A stretch of 64,000 nt of DNA from Eledone cirrhosa (GCA_964016885.1 OZ024741.1:413354001-413418000), one strand, 5' to 3'; counted from the first letter of the stretch, positions 49,301 to 63,845 are shown. Notes: a model not told the origin generated them from the sequence alone. Numbers and translations: made by a program.

Positions 49301-52300
49301 TACTCAGGGTCCCTCCTCCTAAATGAAGGCCCCCTACACTGGACCTATCCCACACAACTTTACTCTAGGGTCCTTCCTCCAATAAATGAAGGCCCCCTAC
49401 ACTGGACTTATCCCACACAACCTTACTCTAGGGTCCTTCCTCCAATAAATGAAGGCCCCCTACACTGGACCTATCCCACACAACCTTACTCTAGGGTCCC
49501 TCCTCCAATAAATGAAGGCCCCCTACACTGGACCTATCCCACACAACCTTACTCTAGGGTCCTTCCTCCAATAAATGAAGGCCCCCTACACTGGACCTAT
49601 CCCACACAACCTTACTCTAGGGTCCTTCCTCCAATAAATGAAGGCCCCCTACACTGGACCTATCCCACACAACCTTACTCTATGGTCCCTCCTCCTAAAT
49701 GAAGGCCCCCTACACTGGACCTATCCCACACAACCTTACTCTAGGGTCCTTCCTCCAATAAATGAAGGCTCCCTACACTGGACCTATCCCACACAACTTT
49801 ACTCTAGGGTCCTTCCTCCAATAAATGAAGGCCCCCTACACTGGACTTATCCCACATAACCTTACTCTAGGGTCCCTCCTCCAATAAATGAAGGCCCCTC
49901 CCTACACTGGACCTATCCCACACAACCTTACTCTAGGATCCTTCCTCCAATAAATGAAGGCCCCCTACACTGGACATATCCCACACAACCTTACTCTAGG
50001 GTCCTTCCTCCAATAAATGAAGACCCCCTACACTGCACCTATCCCACACAACCTTACACTAGGGACCTTCCTCCAACAAGTGAAGGCCCCCCTACACTGG
50101 ACCTATCCCACACAACCTTACTCTAGGGTCCCTACTCCAATAAGTGAAGGCCCCCCCTACACTGGACCTATCCCACACAACCTTACTCTAGGGTCCCTCC
50201 TACAATAAATGAAGGCCCCCCTACACTGGACCTATCCCACACAACCTTACTCTAGGGTCCTTCCTCCAATAAATGAAGGTCCCCTACACTGGACCTATCC
50301 CACACAACCTTACTCTAGGGTCCTTCCTCCAATAAATGACTGCCCCCTGCACTGGACCTATCCCACACAACCTTACTCGATGGCATTTCCTCCAATAAAT
50401 GAAGACCCCCTACACTGGACCTATCCCACACAACCTTACTCTAGGGTCCTTCCTCCAATAAATGAAGGCCCCCTACACTGGACATATCCCACACAACCTT
50501 ACTCTAGGGTCCTTCCTCCAATAAATGAAGACCCCCTACACTGGACATATCCCACACAACCTTACTCTAGGGTCCTTCCTCCAATAAATGAAGACCCCCT
50601 ACACTGCACCTATCCCACACAACCTTACTCTAGGGTCCCTACTCCAATAATTGAAGGCCCCCCCCTACACTGGACCTATCCCACACAACCTTACTCTAGG
50701 GTCCCTCCTACAATAAATGAAGGCCCCCCTACACTGGACCTATCCCACACAACCTTACTCTAGGGTCCCTCCTCCAATAAATGAAGGCCCCCTACACTGG
50801 ACCTATCCCACACAACCTTACTCTAGGGTCCCTCCTCCAATAAATGAAGGCCCCCTACACTGGACATATCCCACACAACCTTACTCTAGGGTCCTTCCTC
50901 CAATAAATGAAGACCCCCTACACTGGACCTATCCCACACAACCTTACTCTAGGGTCCTTCCTCCAATAAATGAAGACCCCCTACACTGCACCTATCCCAC
51001 ACAACCTTACTCTAGGGACCTTCCTCCAACAAGTGAAGGCCCCCCTACACTGGACCTATCCCACACAACCTTACTCTAGGGTCCCTACTCCAATAATTGA
51101 AGGCCCCCCCCCTACACTGGACCTATCCCACACAACCTTACTCTAGGGTTCCTCCTACAATAAATGAAGGCCCCCCTACACTGGACCTATCCCACACAAC
51201 CTTACTCTAGGGTCCTTCCTCCAATAAATGACTGCCCCCTGCAGTGGACCTATCCCACACAACCTTACTCGATGGCATTTCCTCCAATAAATGAAGACCC
51301 CCTACACTGGACATATCCCACACAACCTTACTCTAGGGTCCTTCCTCCAATAAATGAAGGTCCCCTACACTGGACCTATCCCACACAACCTTACTCCAGG
51401 GTCCTTCCTCCAATAAATGACTGCCCCCTACACTGGACCTATCCCACACAACCTTACTCTATGGCATTTCCTCCAATAAATGAAGACCCCCTACACTGGA
51501 CCTATCCCACACAACCTTACTCTAGGGTCCTTCCTCCAATAAATGAAGACCTCCTACACTGGACCTATCCCACACAACGTTACTCTAGGGTCCTTCCTCC
51601 AATAAATGAAGGCCCCACTACACTGGACCTATCCCACACAACCTTACTCTAGGGTCCTTCCTCCAATAAATGAAGACCCCCTACACTGGACCTATCCCAC
51701 ACAACCTTACTCTAGGGTCCTCCTCCAATAAATGAAGGCGTCCTTCCTCCAATAAATGAAGGCCCCCTACACTGGACCTATCCCACACAACCTTACTCTA
51801 GGGTCCTTCCTCCAATAAATGAAGGCCCCCTACACTGGACCTATCCCACACAACCTTACTCTAGGGTCCTTCCTCCAATAAATGACTGCCCCCTGCACTG
51901 GACCTATCCCACACAACCTTACTCGATGGCATTTCCTCCAATAAATGAAGACCCCCTACACTGGACCTATCCCACACAACCTTACTCCAGGGTCCTTCCT
52001 CCAATAAATGACTGCCCCCTACACTGGACCTATCCCACACAACCTTACTCTATGGCATTTCCTCCAATAAATGAAGACCCCCTACACTGGACCTATCCCA
52101 CACAACCTTACTCTAGGGTCCTTCCTCCAATAAATGAAGACCTCCTACACTGGACCTATCCCACACAACCTTACTCTAGGGTCCTTCCTCCAATAAATGA
52201 AGACCCCCTACACTGGACCTATCCCACACAACCTTACTCTAGGGTCCTTCCTCCAATAAATGAAGACCTCCTACACTGGACCTATCCCACACAACCTTAC

Positions 52301-55300
52301 TCTAGGGTCCTTCCTCCAATAAATGACGGCCCCCTACACTGGACCTATCCCACACAACCTTACTCTAGGGTCCCTCCTCCAATAAATGAAGACCCCCTAC
52401 ACTGGACCTATCCCACACAACCTTACTCTAGGGTCCCTCCTCCAATAAATGAAGACGTCCTTCCTCCAATAAATGAAGGCCCCCTACACTGGACCTATCC
52501 CACACAACCTTACTCTAGGGTCCTTCCTCCAATAAATGAAGGCCCCCTACACTGGACCTATCCCACACAACCTTACTCTAGGGTCCTTCCTCCAATAAAT
52601 GAAGGCCCCCTACACTGGACCTATCCCACACAACCTTACTCTAGGGTCCTCCTCCAATAAATGAAGGCGTCCTTCCTCCAATAAATGAAGGCGTCCTTCC
52701 TCCAATAAATGAAGGCCCCCTACACTGGACCTATCCCACACAACCTTACTCTAGGGTCCTTCCTCCAATAAATGAAGGCCCCCTACACTGGACCTATCCC
52801 ACACAACCTTACTCTAGGGTCCTTCCTCCAATAAATGAAGGTCCCCTACACTGGACCTATCCCACACAACCTTACTCCAGGGTCCTTCCTCCAATAAATG
52901 ACTGCCCCCTACACTGGACCTATCCCACACAACCTTACTCTTTGGCATTTCCTCCAATAAATGAAGACCCCCTACACTGGACCTATCCCACACAACCTTA
53001 CTCTAGGGTCCTTCCTCCAATAAATGAAGGTCCCCTACACTGGACCTATCCCACACAACCTTACTCTAGGGTCCTTCCTCCAATAAATGACTGCCCCCTA
53101 CACTGGACCTATCCCACACAACCTTACTCTATGGCATTTCCTCCAATAAATGAAGACCCCCTACACTGGACCTCTCCCACACAACGTTACTCTAGGGTCC
53201 TTCCTCCAATAAATGAAGGCCCCACTACACTGGACCTATCCCACACAACCTTACTCTAGGGTCCTTCCTCCAATAAATGAAGGCCCCCTACACTGGACCT
53301 ATCCCACACAACCTTACTCTAGGGTCCTTCCTCCAGTAAATGAAGGCCCCCCTACACTGGACCTATCCCACACAACCTTACTCTAGGGTCCTTCCTCCAA
53401 TAAATGAAGGCCCCCTACACAGGACCTATCCCACACAACTTTACTCTAGCGTCCTTCCTCCAATAAATGAAGGCCCCCTACACTGGACCTATCCCACACA
53501 ACCTTACTCTATAGTCCTTCCTCCAATAAATGAAGGCCCCCTACATTGGACCTATCCCACACAACCTTACTCTAGGGTCCTTCCTCCTAAATGAAGACCC
53601 CCTACACTGGACCTATCCCACACAACTTTACTCTAGCACCCTTCCTCCAATAAATGAAGGCCCCCTACACTGGACCTATCCCACACAACCTTACTCTAGG
53701 GTCCTTCCTTCCTCCAATAAATGAAGGCCCCCTACACAGGACCTATCCCACACAACCTTACTCTAGGGTCCTTCCTCCAATAAATGAAGGCCCCCTACAC
53801 TGGACCTATCCCACACAACCTTCCTCTAGGGTCCCTCCTCCAATAAATGAAGGCCCCCATACACTGGACCTATCCCACACAACTTTACTCTAGGGTCCTT
53901 CCTCCAATAAATGAAGGCCCCCCCCCTACACTGGACCTATCCCACACAACCTTACTCTAGGGTCCTTCCTCCAATAAATGAAGGCCCCCTACACTGGACC
54001 TATCCCACACAACCTTACTCTAGGGTCCTTCCTCCAATAAATGAAGGCCCCCTACACTGGACCTATCCCACACAACCTTACTCTAGGGTCCTTCCTCCAA
54101 TAAATGAAGGCCCCCTACACTGAACCTATCCCACACAACCTTACTCAGGGTCCCTCCTCCTAAATGAAGGCCCCCTACACTGGACCTATCCCATACAACT
54201 TTACTCTAGGGTCCTTCCTCCAATAAATGAAGGCCCCCTACACTGGACCTATCCCACACAACCTTACTCTAGGGTCCTTCCTCCAATAAATGAAGGCCCC
54301 CTACACTGGACCTATCCCACACAACCTTACTCTAGGGTCCCTCCTCCAATAAATGAAGGCCCCCTACACTGGACCTATCCCACACAACCTTACTCTAGGG
54401 TCCTTCCTCCAATAAATGAAGGCCCCCTACACTGGACCTATCCCACACAACCTTACTCTAGGGTCCTTCCTCCAATAAATGAAGGCCCCCTACACTGGAC
54501 CTATCCCACACAACCTTACTCTATGGTCCCTCCTCCTAAATGAAGGCCCCCTACACTGGACCTATCCCACACAACCTTACTCTAGGGTCCTTCCTCCAAT
54601 AAATGAAGGCCCCCAACACTGGACCTATCCCACACAACCTTACTCTAGGGTCCCTCCTCCTACATGAAGGCCCCCTACACTGGACCTATCCCACACAACT
54701 TTACTCTAGGGTCCTTCCTCCAATAAATGAAGGCCCCCTACACTGGACTTATCCCACATAACCTTACTCTAGGGTCCCTCCTCCAATAAATGAAGGCCCC
54801 TCCCTACACTGGACCTATCCCACACAACCTTACTCTAGGATCCTTCCTCCAATAAATGAAGGCCCCCTACACTGGACATATCCCACACAACCTTACTCTA
54901 GGGTCCTTCCTCCAATAAATGAAGACCCCCTACACTGCACCTATCCCACACAACCTTACACTAGGGACCTTCCTCCAACAAGTGAAGGCCCCCTACACTG
55001 GACCTATCCCACACAACCTTACTCTAGGGTCCCTACTCCAATAAGTGAAGGCCCCCCCCCTACACTGGACCTATCCCACACAACCTTACTCTAGGGTCCC
55101 TCCTACAATAAATGAAGGCCCCCCTACACTGGACCTATCCCACACAACCTTACTCTAGGGTCCTTCCTCCAATAAATGAAGGTCCCCTACACTGGACCTA
55201 TCCCACACAACCTTACTCTAGGGTCCTTCCTCCAATAAATGACTGCCCCCTGCACTGGACCTATCCCACACAACCTTACTCGATGGCATTTCCTCCAATA

Positions 55301-58300
55301 AATGAAGACCCCCTACACTGGACCTATCCCACACAACCTTACTCTAGGGTCCTTCCTCCAATAAATGAAGGCCCCCTACACTGGACATATCCCACACAAC
55401 CTTACTCTAGGGTCCTTCCTCCAATAAATGAAGACCCCCTACACTGGACATATCCCACACAACCTTACTCTAGGGTCCTTCCTCCAATAAATGAAGGCCC
55501 CCTACACTGGACCTATCCCACACAACCTTACTCTAGGGTCCCTCCTCCAATAAATGAAGGCCCCCTACACTGGACATATCCCACACAACCTTACTCTAGG
55601 GTCCTTCCTCCAATAAATGAAGACCCCCTACACTGGACCTATCCCACACAACCTTACTCTAGGGTCCTTCCTCCAATAAATGAAGACCCCCTACACTGCA
55701 CCTATCCCACACAACCTTACTCTAGGGACCTTCCTCCAACAAGTGAAGGCCCCCCTACACTGGACCTATCCCACACAACCTTACTCTAGGGTCCCTACTC
55801 CAATAATTGAAGGCCCCCCCCCCTACACTGGACCTATCCCACACAACCTTACTCTAGGGTCCCTCCTACAATAAATGAAGGCCCCCCTACACTGGACCTA
55901 TCCCACACAACCTTACTCTAGGGTCCTTCCTCCAATAAATGACTGCCCCTGCACTGGACCTATCCCACACAACCTTACTCGATGGCATTTCCTCCAATAA
56001 AGGAAGACCCCCTACACTGGACATATCCCACACAACCTTACTCTAGGGTCCTTCCTCCAGTAAATGAAGGTCCCCTACACTGGACCTATCCCACACAACC
56101 TTACTCCAGGGTCCTTCCTCCAATAAATGACTGCCCCCTACACTGGACCTATCCCACACAACCTTACTCTATGGCATTTCCTCCAATAAATGAAGACCCC
56201 CTACACTGGACCTATCCCACACAACCTTACTCTAGGGTCCTTCCTCCAATAAATGAAGACCTCCTACACTGGACCTATCCCACACAACGTTACTCTGGGT
56301 CCTTCCTCCAATAAATGAAGGCCCCACTACACTGGACCTATCCCACACAACCTTACTCTAGGGTCCTTCCTCCAATAAATGAAGACCCACTACACTGGAC
56401 CTATCCCACACAACCTTACTCTAGGGTCCTCCTCCAATAAATGAAGGCGTCCTTCCTCCAATAAATGAAGGCCCCCTACACTGGACCTATCCCACACAAC
56501 CTTACTCTAGGGTCCTTCCTCCAATAAATGAAGGCCCCCTACACTGGACCTATCCCACACAACCTTACTCTAGGGTCCTTCCTCCAATAAATGACTGCCC
56601 CCTGCACTGGACCTATCCCACACAACCTTACTCGATGGCATTTCCTCCAATAAATGAAGACCCCCTACACTGGACCTATCCCACACAACCTTACTCCAGG
56701 GTCCTACCTCCAATAAATGACTGCCCCCTACACTGGACCTATCCCACACAACCTTACTCTATGGCATTTCCTCCAATAAATGAAGACCCCCTACACTGGA
56801 CCTATCCCACACAACCTTACTCTAGGGTCCTTCCTCCAATAAATGAAGACCTCCTACACTGGACCTATCCCACACAACCTTACTCTAGGGTCCTTCCTCC
56901 AATAAATGAAGACCCCCTACACTGGACCTATCCCACACAACCTTACTCTAGGGTCCTTCCTCCAATAAATGAAGACCTCCTACACTGGACCTATCCCACA
57001 CAACCTTACTCTAGGGTCCTTCCTCCAATAAATGACGGCCCCCTACACTGGACCTATCCCACACAACCTTACTCTAGGGTCCCTCCTCCAATAAATGAAG
57101 ACCCCCTACACTGGACCTATCCCACACAACCTTACTCTAGGGTCCTTCCTCCAATAAATGAAGGCCCCCTACACTGGACCTATCCCACACAACCTTACTC
57201 TAGGGTCCCTCCTCCAATAAATGAAGACGTCCTTCCTCCAATAAATGAAGGCCCCCTACACTGGACCTATCCCACACAACCTTACTCTAGGGTCCTTCCT
57301 CCAATAAATGAAGGCCCCCTACACTGGACCTATCCCACACAACCTTACTCTAGGGTCCTTCCTCCAATAAATGAAGGCCCCCTACACTGGACCTATCCCA
57401 CACAACCTTACTCTAGGGTCCTCCTCCAATAAATGAAGGCGTACTTCCTCCAATAAATGAAGGCGTCCTTCCTCCAATAAATGAAGGCCCCCTACACTGG
57501 ACCTATCCCACACAACCTTACTCTAGGGTCCTTCCTCCAATAAATGAAGGCCCCCTACACTGGACCTATCCCACACAACCTTACTCTAGGGTCCTTCCTC
57601 CAATAAATGAAGGTCCCCTACACTGGACCTATCCCACACAACCTTACTCCAGGGTCCTTCCTCCAATAAATGACTGCCCCCTACACTGGACCTATCCCAC
57701 ACAACCTTACTCTATGGCATTTCCTCCAATAAATGAAGACCCCCTACACTGGACCTATCCCACACAACCTTACTCGAGGGTCCTTCCTCCAATAAATGAA
57801 GGTCCCCTACACTGGACCTATCCCACACAACCTTACTCTAGGGTCCTTCCTCCAATAAATGACTGCCCCCTACACTGGACCTATCCCACACAACCTTACT
57901 CTATGGCATTTCCTCCAATAAATGAAGACCCCCTACACTGGACTTCTCCCACACAACGTTACTCTAGGGTCCTTCCTCCAATAAATGAAGGCCCCACTAC
58001 ACTGGACCTATCCCACACAACCTTACTCTAGGGTCCTTCCTCCAATAAATGAAGGCCCCCTACACTGGACCTATCCCACACAACCTTACTCTAGGGTCCT
58101 TCCTCCAGTAAATGAAGGCCCCCCTACACTGGACCTATCCCACACAACCTTACTCTAGGGTCCTTCCTCCAATAAATGAAGGCCCCCTACACAGGACCTA
58201 TCCCACACAACTTTACTCTAGCGTCCTTCCTCCAATAAATGAAGGCCCCCTACACTGGACCTATCCCACACAACCTTACTCTATAGTCCTTCCTCCAATA

Positions 58301-61300
58301 AATGAAGGCCCCCTACATTGGACCTATCCCACACAACCTTACTCTAGGGTCCTTCCTCCTAAATGAAGACCCCCTACACTGGACCTATCTCACACAACTT
58401 TACTCTAGCACCCTTCCTCCAATAAATGAAGGCCCCCTACACTGGACCTATCCCACACAACCTTACTCTAGGGTCCTTCCTTCCTCCAATAAATGAAGGC
58501 CCCCTACACAGGACCTATCCCACACAACCTTACTCTAGTGTCCTTCCTCCAATAAATGAAGGCCCCCTACACTGGACCTATCCCACACAACCTTACTCTA
58601 GGGTCCTTCCTCCAATAAATGAAGGCCCCCTACACTGGACCTATCCCACACAACCTTCCTCTAGGGTCCCTCCTCCAATAAATGAAGGACCCCATACACT
58701 GGACCTATCCCACACAACTTTACTCTAGGGTCCTTCCTCCAATAGATGAAGGCCCCCCCCCTACACTGGACCTATCCCACACAACCTTACTCTAGGGTCC
58801 TTCCTCCAATAAATGAAGGCCCCCTACACTGGACCTATCCCACACAACCTTACTCTAGGGTCCTTCCTCCAATAAATGAAGGCCGCCAACACTGGACCTA
58901 TCCCACACAACCTTACTCTAGGGTCCTTCCTCCAATAAATGAAGGCCCCCTACACTGGACCTATCCCACACAACCTTACTCAGGGTCCCTCCTCCTAAAT
59001 GAAGGCCCCCTACACTGGACCTATCCCACACAACTTTACTCTAGGGTCCTTCCTCCAATAAATGAAGGCCCCCTACACTGGACCTATCCCACACAACCTT
59101 ACTCTAGGGTCCTTCCTCCAATAAATGAAGGCCCCCTACACTGGACCTATCCCACACAACCTTACTCTAGGGTCCCTCCTCCAATAAATGAAGGCCCCCT
59201 ACACTGGACCTATCCCACACAACCTTACTCTTGGGTCCTTCCTCCAATAGATGAAGGCCCCCTACACTGGACCTATCCCACACAACCTTACTCTAGGGTC
59301 CTTCCTCCAATAAATGAAGGCCCCCTACACTGGACCTATCCCACACAACCTTACTCTATGGTCCCTCCTCCTAAATGAAGGCCCCCTACACTGGACCTAT
59401 CCCACACAACCTTACTCTAGGGTCCTTCCTCCAATAAATGAAGGCCCCCTACACTGGACCTATCCCACACAACCTTACTCTAGGGTCCCTCCTCCTACAT
59501 GAAGGCCCCCTACACTGGACCTATCCCACACAACTTTACTCTAGGGTCCTTCCTCCAATAAATGAAGGCCCCCTACACTGGACTTATCCCACATAACCTT
59601 ACTCTTGGGTCCCTCCTCCAATAAATGAAGGCCCCTCCCTACACTGGACCTATCCCACACAACCTTACTCTAGGGTCCTTCCTCCAATAAATGAAGGCCC
59701 CCTACACTGGACCTATCCCACACAACCTTACTCTAGGGTCCTTCCTCCAATAAATGGAGGGCCCCTACACTGGACCTATCCCACACAACCTTACTCTAGG
59801 GTCCTTCCTCCAATAAATGAAGGCCCCCTACACTGGACCTATGCCACACAACCTTACTCTAGGGTCCTTCCTCCAATAAATGAAGGCCCCCTACACTGGA
59901 CCTATCCCACACAACCTTTCTCTAGGGTCCCTCCTCCTAAATGAAGGCCCCCTACACTGGACCTATCCCACACAACTTTACTCTAGGGTCCTTTCTCCAA
60001 TAAATGAAGGCCCCCTACACTGGACCTATCCCACACAACCTTACTCTAGGGTCCTTCCTCCAATAAATGAAGGCCCCCTACACTGGACCTATCCCACACA
60101 ACCTTTCTCTAGGGTCCCTCCTCCTAAATGAAGGCCCCCTACACTGGACCTATCCCACATAACCTAACTCTAGGGTCCCTCCACCAATAAATGAAGGCCC
60201 CCCCTACACTGGACCTATCCCACACAACCTTACTCTAGGGTCCTTCCTCCAATAAATGAAGGCCCCCTACACTGGACCTATCCCACACAACCTTACTCTA
60301 GGGTCCTTCCTCCAATAAATGAAGGCCCCCTACACTGGACCTATCCCACACAACCTTACTCTAGGGTCCCTCCTCCAATAAATGAAGGCCCCCATACACT
60401 GGACCTATCCCACACAACTTTACTCTAGGGTCCTTCCTCCAATAAATGAAGGCCCCCCCCCTACACTGGACCTATCCCACACAACCTTACTCTAGGGTCC
60501 TTCCTCCAATAAATGAAGGCCCCCTACACTGGACCTATCCCACACAACCTTACTCTAGGGTCCTTCCTCCAATAAATGAAGGCACCCTACACTGGACCTA
60601 TCCCACACAACCTTACTCTAGGGTCCTTCCTCCAATAAATGAAGGCCCCCTACACTGGACCTATCCCACACAACCTTACTCAGGGTCCCTCCTCCTAAAT
60701 GAAGGCCCCTTACACTGGACCTATCCCACACAACTTTACTCTAGGGTCCTTCCTCCAATAAATGAAGGCCCCCTACACTGGACCTATCCCACACAACCTT
60801 ACTCTAGGGTCCTTCCTCCAATAAATGAAGGCCCCCTACACTGGACCTATCCCACACAACTTTACTCTAGGGTCCTTCCTCCAATAAATGAAGGCCCCCT
60901 ACACTGGACCTATCCCACACAACCTTACTCTAGGGTCCTTCCTCCAATAAATGAAGGCCCCCTACACTGGACCTATCCCACACAACCTTTCTCTAGGGTC
61001 CCTCCTCCTAAATGAAGGCCCCCTACACTGGACCTATCCCACACAACCTTACTCTAGGGTCCTTCCTCCAATAAATGAAGGCCCCCTACACTGGACTTAT
61101 CCCACACAACGTTACTCTAGGGTCCCTCCTCCAATAAATGAAGGCCCCCCTACACTGGACCTATCCCACACAACCTTACTCTAGGGTCCTTCCTCCAATA
61201 AATGAAGGCCCCCTACACTGGACCTATCCCACACAACCTTACTCTAGGGTACTTCCTCCAATAAATGAAGGCCCCCTACACTGGACCTATCCCACACAAC

Positions 61301-61399
61301 CTTACTCTAGGGTCCTTCCTCCAATAAATGAAGGCCCCCTACACTGGACCTATCCCACACAAACTTACTCTAGGGTCCCTCCTCCTAAGTGAAGGCCTC
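22317..61399. repeat. ~39-kb satellite array of a 63-bp monomer (~620 copies) with higher-order structure
   Basis: Consensus ACTCTAGGGTCCTTCCTCCAATAAATGAAGGCCCCCTACACTGGACCTATCCCACACAACCTT, head-to-tail in one orientation, with no TE interruption seen. Confidence 0.99.
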
Positions 61400-61475
61400 T
61401 GAACAATGGTGACTTGTGTCCCCATATAAAAACAGGTTAACATTACTGGCTGCCATTGAGTGGCAGCTTTTACAT

Positions 61476-62382
61476 CTGGGGTTGTGTACTGCTCCTAAAA
61501 CAGCAGCACTCCCACCCTGGGGTTGTGTACTGCTCCTAAAACTGCAGCACCCCCACCCTGGGGTTGTGTACTGCTACTAAAGCAGCAGCACCCCCACCCT
61601 GGGGTTGTGTACTGCTCGTAAAACTGCAGCACCCCCACCCTGCGGTTGTGTACTGCTACTAAAACAGCAGCACCCCCACCCTGGGGTTGTGTACTGCTCC
61701 TAAAACAGCAGCACCCCCACCCTGGGGTTGTGTACTGCTCCTAAAACAGCAGCACCCCCGCCCTGGGGTTGTGTACTGCTCCTAAAACAGCAGCACCCCC
61801 ACCCTGGGGTTGTGTACTGCTCCTAAAACAGCAGCACCCCCGCCCTGGGGTTGTGTACTGCTCCTAAAACAGCAGCACCCCCGCCCTGGGGTTGTGTACT
61901 GCTCCTAAAACAGCAGCACCCCCGCCCTGGGGTTGTGTACTGCTCCTAAAACAGCAGCACCCCCACCCTGGGGTTGTGTACTGCTCCTAAAACAGCAGCA
62001 CCCCCGCCCTGGGGTTGTGTACTGCTCCTAAAACAGCAGCACCCCCACCCTGGGGTTGTGTACTGCTCCTAAAACAGCAGCACCCCCGCCCTGGGGTTGT
62101 GTACTGCTCCTAAAACAGCAGCACCCCCACCCTGCTGTTGTGTACTGCTCCTAAAACAGCAGTACTCCCACCCTGGGGTTGTGTACTGCTCCTAAAACAG
62201 CAGCACCCCCACCCTGCTGTTGTGTACTGCTCCTAAAACAGCAGTACTCCCACCCTGGGGTTGTGTACTGTTCCTAAAACATAAACAGCCCCCCACCCTG
62301 GGGTTGTGTACTGCTCCTAAAACAGCAGTACCCCCACCCTGGAGTTGTGTACTGTTCCTAAAACATAAACAGCCCCCCACCC
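61476..62382. repeat. 41-bp minisatellite, ~22 copies
   Basis: Unit CTGGGGTTGTGTACTGCTCCTAAAACAGCAGCACCCCCRCC. Confidence 0.97.
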
Positions 62383-62495
62383 AGATGTTTTAGTACATCT
62401 ACCCCAGTCCATTGTTTAAATTCCACTCTCCAATATCACCACCACCCCACCCACCATATACACCACCACCACCACCACCCACCATATACTACATA

Positions 62496-63198
62496 TGTTA
62501 CTGTTGCTGTGGTTGTTGTTATTGTTATTACTGTTGTTGTTGCTGTTTTAGTTGTTGTTGTTATTGTTATTATTGTTGTTACTGTTGTTGTAACTGTTGT
62601 TTATGTTGTTGTAGTTGTTCTTGTTGTTGTTACTGTTGCTGTTTTAGTTGTAGTTGTTATTGTAGTTGTTGTTATTGTTATTACTGTTGTTGTTGTTGTT
62701 GTAGTTGTTGTTGTTGTTGTTATTGTTGTTGTTATTGTTGTTGTTGCTGTTGTTTTTGTTGTTGTTGTTTTAGTTGTCGTTGTTCTTATTGTTGTTGTTA
62801 CTGTTGTTGTTGTTGCTGTTTTAGTTGTCGTTGTTGTTGTTATTGTTGTTGTTACTGTTGTTGTTGTTGTTGTTGTTTTAGTTGTAGTTGTTGTTACTGT
62901 TGTTGTTACTGTTGTTGTTGTTGTTACTGTTGTTGTTGTTATTGTTGTTGTTGCTGTTGTATCTACTGTTGTTGTTGTTGTTATTGTTGTTACTGTTGTT
63001 GTTGTTGTTATTGTTGTTGTAGTTGTTATTGTTGTTGTTACTGTTGTTGTTGTTGTTATTGTTGTTGTTGTTGTTATTGTTGTTGTTGCTGTAGTTGTTG
63101 TTGTTGCTGTTGTTGTTGTTGTAGTTGTTATTGTTGTTGTTATAGTTGTTGTCGTAGTTAAAGTGATTGTTATTCTGTTGTGGTTGTTGTGATTGTTG
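62496..63198. repeat. Degenerate (GTT)n microsatellite
   Basis: Direct reading; it gives the poly-Cys, poly-Val, poly-Thr and poly-Asn pseudo-ORFs. Confidence 0.97.
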
Positions 63199-63248
63199 CA
63201 ACTCTTGTATCTATCATAACCTCTGTAATGCTGCTTGCCTTGATAAAA

Positions 63249-63292
63249 TGCACCCAGTACACTCTGTAAATGACATCCAACTGTAGAAACCA
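63249..63292 (+). mobile_element. Short RTE-3'UTR-like remnant
   Basis: gcacccagtacactctgtaaatgacatccaactgtagaaac resembles gcacccagcactcactgtaaatga...catccagctgtagaaatc at 21686-21745. Confidence 0.5.
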
Positions 63293-63556
63293 TTTCAAAC
63301 AGTATATCAAAGAACTACATTTTCCAACGTGTCATTCTTGTTTAAAGATAATAGTGTAATTTCAGTGAGATCTGGCTATTCTATTTAGCAGATTGACTCA
63401 TCACATACAGGTTCCCTTATTGTGAACATATGATTGTTGTTGTTTAGCCCTAGGTTAGGACTGATAAACGGTGTATAATCATCATCATCCCATCATCTGT
63501 TCAGACATAATATATCTCAGACTACATTTTCTATCAGGTCCTCATTGTTAATACAA

Positions 63557-63845
63557 CATCATCATCATAATCTATATCTGGTTGGACTGGTTATCAAAGT
63601 CTGGAACAGGACAGATTGTATAAGCACGTCTTGCTCATATGTTCCATATTTTTGCATGGTCTCTATGATTGGATACCCTTCCTAATGCCAACCATTTTAT
63701 AAAGTGTACTGGGTGTATTTTTATCACAAACACTGCCATTTTACAGAGTGTACTGGGTGTATTTTATCACAAACACTGCCATTTTACAGAGTGTACTGGG
63801 TGTATTTTATCACAAACACTGCTATTTTACAGAGAACACTGAGTT
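63557..63845 (-). mobile_element. Diverged RTE-3'UTR-derived repeat containing a 43-bp tandem repeat (x~3.5)
   Basis: It has a (CAT)n tail and ttgctcata and ggatacccttcctaatgccaacc motifs like those at 4651-4715. The unit cactgccattttacagagtgtactgggtgtattttatcacaaa occurs at 63731 and 63774. Confidence 0.65.

Noticed and set aside
22265-61392. Dozens of PPINEGPLHWTYPTQPYSRVL-repeat ORFs as a protein-coding gene
   Set aside because: They are translations of the 63-bp satellite. C-run indels and 2- or 4-bp indels shift the frame every few hundred bases, and there are no unique domains or splice structure.
22317-61399. Hammerhead-ribozyme satellite (as in newt or schistosome satellites)
   Set aside because: There is no CUGANGA...GAAA core on either strand of the monomer.
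22317-62382. CRISPR array
   Set aside because: The repeats are contiguous with no unique spacers, there are no cas genes, and the context is eukaryotic.
62412-63293. Cys-rich (metallothionein/keratin-like) or Thr-rich (mucin-like) ORFs
   Set aside because: A degenerate (GTT)n tract that is open in several frames, with no signal peptide or unique sequence.
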